This document shows, piece by piece, positions 15,001 through 23,660 of a stretch of 64,000 nt of DNA. Within the stretch, counting starts at the first letter, position 1; each line of letters opens with the position of its first letter. The notes under the pieces are model-generated. The model was not told the DNA's origin, searched no databases, and saw only the letters and a list, made by a program, of their open reading frames with translations. The position numbers and the translations under genes are program-made. Source of the stretch: Minutocellus sp. GHC0000111 (taxonomy: Eukaryota); NCBI GenBank assembly GCA_977018835.1, contig OZ361257.1, positions 4,836,001 through 4,900,000 on the forward strand. The letters run 5' to 3'.

Positions 15001-16216
15001 GGAGGTCGTTTAGGTGTAGGTCTAGGCAATTTCTGCGGTTGTTGGTGTGGTTCTTAGCGGATTTTGAAGTGTCAAATAGGAGTCGATGTAGATCCACCGA
15101 GGAAGGGGATGCACCATCGCGAGTGCATTGATAGGGATATCGGATACGGATGCCATGAGGAGGATGTGATGCTTTGGAGGAGTTTGGGATGTCGTTTAGG
15201 TGTAGATCTAGGCGATTTTCTGCGGTTGGTGGTGTGGTTTTCAGCGGATTTTGGAGTGTCAAATAGGAATAGATGTAGATCCAGGGAGGAAGGGGATGCA
15301 CCATCGCAAGTGCATTGATAGGGATATCGGATACGGATGCCATGAGGAGGATGTGATGCTTTGGAGGAGTTTGGGAGGTCGTTTAGGTGTAGATCTAGCT
15401 AGGCGATTTACTGCAGTTGGTGGCGGAATTTTTGGCAAACAATTTGGAGTGTCAAATAGGAATAGATGTAGATCCAGGGAGGAAGGGGATGCACCATCGC
15501 GAGTGCATTGATAGGGATATCGGCTGCGGATGCCATGAGGAGGATGTGATGCTTTGGAGGGGTTTGGGAGGTCGTTTAGGTGTAGATCTAGCTAGGCGAT
15601 TTACTGTGGTTGGTGGCGGAATTTTCGGTAAAATTGGGAGTGTCAAACAGGAACAGATGTAGATCCACCGAGGAAGGGGATGCACCATCGCGAGTGCATT
15701 GATAGGGATGTCGGAAACGGATGCCATGAGGAGGATGTGATGCTTTGGAGGGGTTTGGGAGGTCGTTTAGGTGTAGATCTAGCTAGGCGATTTACTGCTG
15801 TTGGCTGCGGAATTTTTGGTAAAATTGGGAGTGTCAAATGGGAATAGATGTAGATCCACCGAGGAAGGGGATGCACCATCGAGAGTGCATTGATAGGGAT
15901 ATCGGCTGCGGATGCCATGAGGAGGATGTGATGCTTTGGAGGAGTTTGGGAGGTCGTTTAGGTGTAGATCTAGCTAGGCGATTTGCTACTCCGGTTGGTG
16001 GCGGAATTTTCGGTAAAATTGGGAGTGTCAAACAGGAATAGATGTAGATCCACCGAGGAAGGGGATGCACCATCGCGAGTGCATTGATAGGGATATCGGC
16101 TGCGGATGCCATGAGGAGGATGTGATGCTTTGGAGGGGTTTGGGAGGTCGGTTAGGTGTAGATCTAGCTAGGCGATTTACTGCGGTTGGTGGTGTGGTTC
16201 TTAACGGATTTTGGAG
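1..16216. repeat. Tandem satellite array (Sat1), about 85 monomers of about 187-194 bp with higher-order repeat structure; continues beyond the left edge
   Basis: TGTCAAA anchor recurs at 8, 201, 388, 580, 770, 961, 1154, 1345, 1536, 1730, 1921 and onward. A conserved core (GATGTAGATCC..GAGGAAGGGGATGCACCATCGCGAGTGCATTGATAGGGAT..GCCATGAGGAGGATGTGATGC..GGGAGGTCGTTTAGGTGTAG) is followed by a 35-45 bp segment in about 9 recurring variants. Confidence 0.99.
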
Positions 16217-16722
16217 TTGTTGGCGTGATTTTTGAGTGGATTTTGGAGGTGAAGATAGGGTTAGAGGAGGAAAATAAGCGGGGAAGGAGGTGTAGGATGT
16301 AGAGCAGATTGATAGGGATATTAGCTGTGGTGTGTGAGATGATGTTTGGATGGTTTGGATTGGGTTTGGAGGGTGAGGAGTTGTAGATTTACATGGTTTG
16401 GTAGTGTTGGTGGCGTGATTTTTGAGTGGATTTTGGAGGTGAAGGTGGGGTTAGAGGAGAAAAATAAGCGGGGAAGGAGGTGTAGGATGTAGAGTAGATT
16501 GATAGGGATATTAGCTGTGGTGTGTGAGATGATGTTTGGATGGTTTGGGTTGGGTTTGGAGGGTGAGGAGTTGTAGATTTACATGGTTTGGTAGTGTTGG
16601 TGGCGTGATTTTTGAGTGGATTTTGGAGGTGAAGATAGGGTTAGAGGAGAAAAATAAGCGGGGAAGGAGGTGTAGGATGTAGAGCAGATTGATAGGGATA
16701 TTAGCTGTGGTGCGTGAGATGA
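16217..16722. repeat. Second satellite (Sat2), about 2.7 copies, 190-bp period, diverged homologue of Sat1
   Basis: TGGCGTGATT at 16221, 16411 and 16601. Shares GGATTTTGGAG, CG.GGAAGG and ATTGATAGGGATAT with Sat1 in the same order and at near-identical spacing. Confidence 0.95.
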
Positions 16723-16743
16723 TTAGGGTTAGGGTTAGGGTTA
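16723..16743 (+). repeat. Interstitial telomere-type repeat (TTAGGG)3TTA at the satellite/gene junction
   Basis: The sequence reads gagatga-TTAGGGTTAGGGTTAGGGTTA-acctgctcg. TTAGGG is the telomeric unit of model diatoms. Confidence 0.9.
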
Positions 16744-16745
16744 AC

Positions 16746-17345
16746 CTGCTCGTAAATGATCTTGCCCTCGGGCGTCCACACCACGCTGAAGACAGACACG
16801 GGCATCTCGGCCTCGGTACCAGTCGCGGGGAAGACATCTCCATAGGCATCCAGGTCGTACTCGTGCACCGCCCTCCACCGCTGGAAGTAGAACACCCTGT
16901 AGGGATTCTCCGGATCGACGGTGTAGCCAAAGGTATCAATGTGAACGTTGGGAAATGCCGCGCGCAGTCCCAATCCCTTTTGCGAGCCGGCCAAGTCGGC
17001 ACGATTGATGGGTCCGATTACGGGGCCTCGGAGGACGTACTTCTCGTCGTAGATGGACTCGTCCAACTTGTCCCCGCCCATGGCCTGGGTCCGTTCGATG
17101 TACTCCTTGGTCTTGGCAATGACGTCGAAGCTGGGTGTGGTGCCACCGAACTTGAGGTATTCGAACATGGGAGATTTGGACTTGGTGCTGGTGCTGGTTT
17201 TGGTCTGTTCAGCGGTGCTCATGCAAATCTGAGTCGTTTGCGATGGGACAGCTGAGCTGCGAGGCGCAACGAACGCATCTGCGGAGGGCAATGCGGCGCC
17301 CACAATGAGTGCGGCGGCAGCTACGCGCAAACGAAGGGACGGCAT
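16746..17345 (-). CDS. Plastid-targeted NTF2/SnoaL-like protein; first exon or 3'-truncated gene (200 codons, ends ...GKIIYEQ at CAG|GT)
   Basis: ATG at 17345 gives MPSLRLRVAAAALIVGAALPSADA|FVAP (signal peptide plus ASAF-like motif). SnoaL-like segment YVLRGPVIGP...AFPN...SVFSVVWTPEGKII. Read-through gives only NPNPNP-HLTHHS* from the telomeric and satellite DNA. Confidence 0.8.
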
Positions 17346-17578
17346 CTTGCTTCTCGGTTCTTTACCTTTTGCTTTGCTGACTGTGCATGTGATGCTGGTG
17401 CTGTGAGCTGTGAGGCTTGTCGACGTCGATGGTCGACGTACGTAGACCTTGCACGTACGAGAAAACACGTCAGTTGCCATCGCCATCAGTCTCATCAGCA
17501 TCAATTGTCAAATTGGATCATCCATAACTGGGCAAGAAAGCAAGTCAACATCCCTTGCATTTAAACGAATAAGCAATA

Positions 17579-18094
17579 ATGGCCGCAAGCCTCGCATCTC
17601 AATTGAAGCCCTTGGCTCTCTTCGGAGGCTTGACAGCCCAGGACCTGTTCCCCTCCAACAACTTGGTGATGATCGCATGGGCCCTGCTCGTATTTGCGCC
17701 CCGTTGGAAGTGGACACCCTCCATCACTCTGGCATCGACAATCTTGCACTCCATAATATTTATGGGAACGGCCATATCCACCATGATGGATGCCGAACCA
17801 TCGCCCGATGTCGACTTTTCGTCCCTCGAGGGTGTGCACGGCATGATGAGTGATCCGACCAACTCGTTTGCCATCTGGTTGCACATGGTGATATTCGATC
17901 TGATTGTAGTGCGGATGATGGTGTTGGATTCCGTGGATCGGGGTGCCTCCACATTGTTTCACTGTGCTGCCATGGTGCCATGCATTCTGCTGACGTTTGT
18001 TATGGGACCAGTTGGATTTTTATTGTATCTTGGCCTTCGACAAGTATTTCTAATATCGAAGAGCAATCCGTCGGGAAAGGATAAAATACTGTAA
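17579..18094 (+). CDS. ABA4-like (DUF4281) membrane protein
   Basis: Four hydrophobic segments with WALLVFAPRWKWT, FSSLEGV, WLHMVIFDL and LTFVMGPVGFLLYL motifs. Confidence 0.8.
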   Translation: MAASLASQLKPLALFGGLTAQDLFPSNNLVMIAWALLVFAPRWKWTPSITLASTILHSIIFMGTAISTMMDAEPSPDVDFSSLEGVHGMMSDPTNSFAIWLHMVIFDLIVVRMMVLDSVDRGASTLFHCAAMVPCILLTFVMGPVGFLLYLGLRQVFLISKSNPSGKDKIL

Positions 18095-18139
18095 GAAGAT
18101 CTGTTTCTATCAGGTCACCTACATATCAAGGCTTTATTG

Positions 18140-19729
18140 CTATGCCTCCTCCTCTTTGCCTGCACTACTCTCCTCCACTACCTTCTTCTTGCCGTCAACT
18201 CCAATATCTGGCCACCAAAGTGGCATGTAGGGCAAATATCGGAGCTCCTTCGTGCCATCACCAATGAGAATGCGATTCGTACGGGTCCACATTTCGTCAC
18301 CACCGAGCAATCCCACGCGATCCAAGCGCATTTGAGCCAGCAGTACTGTTGTTCCTGGTGCCGGTGCGCTGACAATTTTGCCGATAGTCTTGCCATCCTT
18401 CTTGTCCACAATCTTGGCACCCGGTACTGCTACCGATGCGACATCATTCATCAATTGTTCACCCTCCTTTTGTAGACTAGCCACCTTCTCACTGCTTTCA
18501 GACGTTGCCGTCACTGTCTGACTATCATCGGCCTCTCCCTCCTTGGGCAAAGGCAGTACCGATCCCATCAACATGGCCACAATACCACCGGCACCCGGTG
18601 CCGATATGTTGGGCAGGGGAGGAGGAGTTCCACCCCCCTCGCCCAAATCCAAGAACGAATCGGGACCAATGGCATCGGGTCCCATCTCCTGGATCATGTG
18701 GGCCATCATCCACGGTCGGGGGATCTCGGTATTGACGTCCACCACAATCAGCGGCATGATGCGCTTTCGTATGGAACCCGTGTGCTGCGATCGAGCGGTC
18801 AGTTCTTGACCCAGGTAACATCCCTTGCTGAAACTGACGGCATTGAGGAATTCCTGGTTGCATTCTAGAGCTGTTTTGCCGGTGAGTTCCGATCCCTCGG
18901 CGACGCCTGCCAGCTTGCGAATGACATTGTACGTGCCGTTGGCTGGGGGGAAATAACCAGACATCATGGTCTCGAATTGCTGTCGTCGACTTTCCGGTGT
19001 ACTGCTACTGCTACCACCACTTTCATCTCCATCATCGCTGTTCATGGACAACACACGCATGCCCAAGCTGGGATGACGAGGATCGATCGCGGCAACATAA
19101 CCCGGCGGGGTGCCCTCGGCATTCAACGTCCCGTAAACGGCATGGACCGACACATCCTCGGACTTGTCGACAATCTTTACCTTGGACCGACGGAGTTTGT
19201 ACTGGTTGAGATGCGCAAGGAGCTTGTCGGCCGCATCGCCCGGGACGTCAATAAGATACTCAGCAGGTTGATTCGGGTCGATTTTGCCGTCTCCGGTGGC
19301 ATTTGCTTCTTCGTTGCTACTGCTGCTGCCAGAGGGACGCTTCCATAACAGGGCGTCCGTTAATATTCTTCCGCGATTGTCGAGGAAGCAAGCCGATCGC
19401 ATCTTGTCGGTAAAGCTGACCGGCACAACTGGCTCTATTGGACCAACGCTGCCATTGTCTCCATTTACACTCGAATCTTTATCCTCCTTCTCTGCCGCCG
19501 CCTTGGCCTTGGCAATGGCCTCGTCGACGTCGTACTCGTCGCGCGGAGCTGGGGGTTGCTTCAGCAAGTCGCACGTCACCAAACCCTGCAGATATTTCGT
19601 GGCGCCGCTGCCCTTCACGGACAGGATGCGCCGTGCCTCGGGAGAAAAGGTCTCGTGTCCTCGTCCCCACAGCTTGCCGTATCGTCCGGCGGCTGCTGCC
19701 GCTGCTGCTGCGGCTGCCTTGGCGGACAT
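18140..19729 (-). CDS. IBA57: IBA57/CAF17/YgfZ folate-binding Fe-S cluster assembly factor
   Basis: Signature KGCYLGQELTAR; N-terminal GATKYLQGLVTCD and FLDNRGRILTD. Confidence 0.92.
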   Translation of the reverse strand: MSAKAAAAAAAAAAGRYGKLWGRGHETFSPEARRILSVKGSGATKYLQGLVTCDLLKQPPAPRDEYDVDEAIAKAKAAAEKEDKDSSVNGDNGSVGPIEPVVPVSFTDKMRSACFLDNRGRILTDALLWKRPSGSSSSNEEANATGDGKIDPNQPAEYLIDVPGDAADKLLAHLNQYKLRRSKVKIVDKSEDVSVHAVYGTLNAEGTPPGYVAAIDPRHPSLGMRVLSMNSDDGDESGGSSSSTPESRRQQFETMMSGYFPPANGTYNVIRKLAGVAEGSELTGKTALECNQEFLNAVSFSKGCYLGQELTARSQHTGSIRKRIMPLIVVDVNTEIPRPWMMAHMIQEMGPDAIGPDSFLDLGEGGGTPPPLPNISAPGAGGIVAMLMGSVLPLPKEGEADDSQTVTATSESSEKVASLQKEGEQLMNDVASVAVPGAKIVDKKDGKTIGKIVSAPAPGTTVLLAQMRLDRVGLLGGDEMWTRTNRILIGDGTKELRYLPYMPLWWPDIGVDGKKKVVEESSAGKEEEA

Positions 19730-19909
19730 CGCGGCGATGAGTAGGCACGAAAGTGGCTGAAGAAAATGAGCGGACCAGGCCAGGGGTGTCCTGAAAATGC
19801 AACGAAAATAAACCGGTTTTTCAGTTTTCTGTTTTGCAGTTTGTCAGCAGTAATTTCCTTTGCGTTTACCGATAACCGCCCTCATTTCTTTCTTCCTCGT
19901 TCTTCAACC

Positions 19910-20782
19910 ATGGCGGCGAACACCTCCCGTTCGGCAGCAGCGGCATGCCTGCTGCTGCTCGTTCTCTCGGCGGCTCAAACATCGGCATTTCACTCTCCAA
20001 GGCTCATCGAACACGGCGGCACCGCATCGCTTCCAGCAAAGTCGACACATCATCTTGTCACCCTGCATGCCTCGCAGCATGATGGGGATCTCGACTACAA
20101 GAATCTCCCGACCAAGATACTGTCCAACTTCATGTCCAAACCTGAAGAGGGCGCCGATGAAACGATGGTGGAAGCCAAACCAAATCCAATCGACGCCATT
20201 GATTTTGATGCGCCCAAATTTTCCACCAAGGTCGACCTGCAGACCCTCGCTGCGATATTGGATTACGAGCAGACCGAAAAAGAGTGGTTCGTCACGGGCA
20301 AAGTCAATCCAATCTATTTTTCAGACGACTTCGAATTCCAAGACCCCGACGTACAGCTTTCTGGCATTGAGGACTATGCGCGGGGGGTGTACAAGCTCTT
20401 TGATCAGGACTGCAGCAGGGCGGAAATTATTTCGTGTACAGTCAACCCTAACCTTGGGCCAAACATCATTACAGTAACATGGAGGCTATCGGGAAAGGTT
20501 AGCATTGGGCCGGGTTTGACGATCAAGCCCTACATATGCTTTTCGGGTTTTACCGTCCATGAGGAGAGTGGGTTGATCGTGAGGCAAGAGGATAGGTTTG
20601 ACATACCGCAGTGGGACATTCTGTTGTCGGCCCTCTTTCCGTTCTTGATTGGAAAGATTACCAAGGAACCGGCACCGCCGGTGGAGCCTCGTGTGGTAAC
20701 AATGCCATCCATTGGTGCTGCTGGATCAAAGGGTAGCACAGGCAATCCTTTTGAGAAGGTGTTTCAGGGTCTGTTTGGTTAG
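19910..20782 (+). CDS. Plastid-targeted SnoaL/NTF2-like (DUF2358-like) protein
   Basis: ATG 19910 gives signal peptide ...AAQTSA|FHSP; motifs WFVTG, FSDDFEFQDPDV, ITVTWRLSG. Confidence 0.7.
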   Translation: MAANTSRSAAAACLLLLVLSAAQTSAFHSPRLIEHGGTASLPAKSTHHLVTLHASQHDGDLDYKNLPTKILSNFMSKPEEGADETMVEAKPNPIDAIDFDAPKFSTKVDLQTLAAILDYEQTEKEWFVTGKVNPIYFSDDFEFQDPDVQLSGIEDYARGVYKLFDQDCSRAEIISCTVNPNLGPNIITVTWRLSGKVSIGPGLTIKPYICFSGFTVHEESGLIVRQEDRFDIPQWDILLSALFPFLIGKITKEPAPPVEPRVVTMPSIGAAGSKGSTGNPFEKVFQGLFG

Positions 20783-20933
20783 GTACTACGTAGTATGTGC
20801 CCTGGTTTCTTATGACTTTGAGTGTAAATCTTAGAAGAAACTCAGTTTCTCACGCCCAAATATCCCGAGCGACAAGATTTGCTAACTTTGGACACTCTTA
20901 TGCGATACCCTCCAATTTTATTGTCTTTTATTC

Positions 20934-22376
20934 TTACCACATTGCATAGTTCATTATCCGATCACCTAGAGTGATTCGCAATGCAACTAATGAGCCCCAA
21001 ATCATGTATTTGCTGACCCCTTTGCATCGAAGTAAGAAGGCTCCAGTGCCCAAAGCAAAAGCCAAGGGCACATCTATCGCAAAGCCCATTTCGACAATGT
21101 GTTTTGAAGCCACAAAGAAAGGAAACAGCAGCGACGCAAAATACCCAATATGAAAGCCCCGCGCCGATATGATCGACTTACGAACCAATGTTAGTAAAAT
21201 GCTACTCATTTGGATCGGCATGAGGACAATAAAGGGCCAGATGGGATTTGTTAGCGTCAAGCAAGAAATGGTAGCCATAAATTGACAGTAAGCGTAAAAC
21301 TTCTTTATGCGCCGCTGTGTAGTCAGAGTACAGCCTTCCCAAAATGGTAGCGACGCCACGGAAGAATCATTCTCTGCCGGCTGAAGCCGCTTGGTGGCTT
21401 CATCGGCCGCCCAGTTGGCGCCAAGAATCGACATTCCCGAACCAACCAGAGCAGCTCTCCGCCATATTGGCGTGTGCTCGTGGTAGACGGATATCCAACA
21501 CAACGCCGTGCATATTGCCGACCGCAGTACAAAGATCAGATTGTGGACTCGGTATTCCTTCCAAATGATGAGCTTACCCACAATCCGTTCACGTGGAACA
21601 TGAAAGATGAAGGAGGATAAATTCAGCATACCGTGTGGAATCAGCCAAAGGCCGGCGGTTGCACTGGCACCAAGTCCACCACGACTTCCAAATCCGGCAC
21701 TTGTGTCGCCAAAGAAGATCTGTCCATATCGATACGCAAAGTGCAGCAGGCAAAATATGCCGAGATATTTGTGAACTCCAATCGGATCCTCCATTGTAAA
21801 CAGCTTTCTTTTCCAGAGGGTCTTTTTAATCCTTTTGTTCTGATCGCGTTCACCGGTAGAGGAAGCAACTGATATCGTCAATGCATCAGCCGATGCCATG
21901 CCACCAACAATGCTATCGTCTTCAATAGCAAAGTCTTTCAACATTTCATACGCCTTGTCGGAATGCCCGGCAGCTTCGAATGCTCTGGTGGCGTCTCTCT
22001 GATGGAACTTGCGCAGTATTTCTGGCCCTGCCGGATGGGCTTTTGCAAACGCCTGGACGTCATAACGGACACCATGGATGGTGATTATGCACTCATCTGC
22101 AATCTGTGTATCTGTTGACGCTGTGCCGTTGAATCTTTGTTGGCGTCGACTGGGAGATGTGGCCACAGGCGTAGGCTCACGGACCTCAAGGCTCTCGGCA
22201 GCCGCATTGGTCCAAAGTAGAGAGTTTCGTTTCGCAGTCGCACGCGAGAAGAGTGATCTGCCAGGATGGCAAGTCAGAGCGGGAGCTGAAAACGCACTTA
22301 CGCGATCAAACGCCAAAAGTGTACCTGATATACAGCCGACTAGTATCAACGGTTTGCGTGGGCCGAAAACAACCAT
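20934..22376 (-). CDS. Plastid-targeted cytochrome b5-like domain fused to a multi-pass membrane domain
   Basis: VSA|FSAP presequence; cytochrome b5 motif YDV..F...HPAG...DATRAFE..GHS..A..ML; about 7-8 hydrophobic helices after EDPIGVHKYLG. Confidence 0.8.
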   Translation of the reverse strand: MVVFGPRKPLILVGCISGTLLAFDRVSAFSAPALTCHPGRSLFSRATAKRNSLLWTNAAAESLEVREPTPVATSPSRRQQRFNGTASTDTQIADECIITIHGVRYDVQAFAKAHPAGPEILRKFHQRDATRAFEAAGHSDKAYEMLKDFAIEDDSIVGGMASADALTISVASSTGERDQNKRIKKTLWKRKLFTMEDPIGVHKYLGIFCLLHFAYRYGQIFFGDTSAGFGSRGGLGASATAGLWLIPHGMLNLSSFIFHVPRERIVGKLIIWKEYRVHNLIFVLRSAICTALCWISVYHEHTPIWRRAALVGSGMSILGANWAADEATKRLQPAENDSSVASLPFWEGCTLTTQRRIKKFYAYCQFMATISCLTLTNPIWPFIVLMPIQMSSILLTLVRKSIISARGFHIGYFASLLFPFFVASKHIVEMGFAIDVPLAFALGTGAFLLRCKGVSKYMIWGSLVALRITLGDRIMNYAMW

Positions 22377-22626
22377 CGCGCATACGTGTATTGGCTTAGC
22401 TATTAGCTTGGGCTGCTTGAAGAAGCCATGAGCTCGCAGCAGAGCAGAGCAGGCAGAGTTAGTTTCCGGGTTTCTTCAATTCTTCTCGCGCGAGGCAGCG
22501 AGCTCGCTGCCTCGCAACCGCGCAAAGTGTGTGCTGGAGTTTCGCAGCGCAGGATTCTCATTTGAAATTTGGTGACACCTTTGAGAGCACCTCGTACAAC
22601 CCAACAACGATCCAACGATCCAAAAG

Positions 22627-23394
22627 ATGCTAATACCTCTACGCTTATCCGCCCTACTGCTGCTGGCCACTAGTCTCCTCGGCATTGCCAATGCGTTCTC
22701 GTTCGACACGACGAAGCGGTACGCTTTCAACAAAGATGTGGCGTCGACGGAATCATTTCTAGCCAAATTGGAGGAAGAGTACTCAGATCTTCAAGATTCC
22801 CTTCTGCTGGAGCTGTCGACGATGAATGTGCCCGGTCATGACCACGCCGAAGAAATCGTCGAAGATATGCTGGAGAAGGCGGCCGACGTGGCGGCCTTCC
22901 AGCGCTACCGGGTGGAGGAGGTCGTGGAGGAGGCAGACGACGAAATGAGACATGCGCGGAGCGACCGTCGTGCAGCTCACTTTGTCAAGGAGCAAGCTCA
23001 CCAGGAGGCCGAGATGGCAGCTCACAGTGCCGACATGGTAATGGACTTTGATGGCGCATACGAGGATCTGGAACGAGCTCGAGATTTGTCCGTGGTTCAT
23101 GCCGATCATCTGCTTGAGAAGGATGCCGAACGGCTAGAACTGCACGCCGAGACCATTGAGTTGGAGGCAGGGGATCGCAAGAAGTATGCTCTATCCATGC
23201 TCAAGGAGCTGCAGGAAAAGGAATCGATGCTACGGGCATCATTGAAGGAGCTGCGGCAACGTAAGAATCATAACAGCTTGGAGGAATGGCGCCACAGCTC
23301 CGAGGCCAAGGAGCATCATACGTTTCTGCAGCAATTTCGAGAGAAGCTGAGACATTACTCCATTCGCAAGCACTCTCAGGACGCCAAGCCCTGA
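22627..23394 (+). CDS. Hypothetical coiled-coil protein with signal peptide
   Basis: Hydrophobic N-terminus ending ANA|FSF; E/A/H-rich helical body. Confidence 0.7.
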   Translation: MLIPLRLSALLLLATSLLGIANAFSFDTTKRYAFNKDVASTESFLAKLEEEYSDLQDSLLLELSTMNVPGHDHAEEIVEDMLEKAADVAAFQRYRVEEVVEEADDEMRHARSDRRAAHFVKEQAHQEAEMAAHSADMVMDFDGAYEDLERARDLSVVHADHLLEKDAERLELHAETIELEAGDRKKYALSMLKELQEKESMLRASLKELRQRKNHNSLEEWRHSSEAKEHHTFLQQFREKLRHYSIRKHSQDAKP

Positions 23395-23660
23395 TATCAA
23401 AGTGGCAGAAACTTCCCACTATAAAGTGGGAAATATTTGGCACATAATTGGATTCGCGCAAGCTAGCTAGCAAAAACATATAGAGTGACATGAAACGAGG
23501 TCATAGCTCATGCATAGGTCAATCTACAATGCTCTCCCGAGCTCTACGTAGCTAGAGCCTCACACATTTCGTATCTAAAAAGCATTTAAATCTAAAGTTT
23601 AGAAGTAGCATGGGCTCTGTGCGTAGTTTCTTCCCTTGAAGAGCTTCGTTGCTCCCATGG

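Noticed and set aside
2..16112. The many 66-346 aa ORFs inside the satellite
   Set aside because: They occur on both strands and in all frames, are broken by monomer lengths not divisible by 3, and show no recognisable domain. They are by-products of the repeat.
1..16216. CRISPR-like array (constant part plus variable 35-45 bp segment)
   Set aside because: The constant part is about 150 bp, the variable segments are homologous to each other and recur many times, there are no cas genes, and the context is eukaryotic.
1..16216. Hammerhead-ribozyme satellite or recursive-splicing (AG|GT) sites in each monomer
   Set aside because: I found no CUGANGA core on either strand and no ACCT on + (AGGT on the gene's sense strand) in the monomers. 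This was by eye only; an Infernal/Rfam scan would be decisive.
16723..16743. True chromosome end or de novo telomere healing of the broken gene
   Set aside because: Only about 3.5 units, internal, and in the opposite polarity to that required.
16705..16745. A 41-nt mini-intron using the first CAG in Sat2
   Set aside because: Much shorter than the other introns here, and the resulting frame translates satellite sequence.
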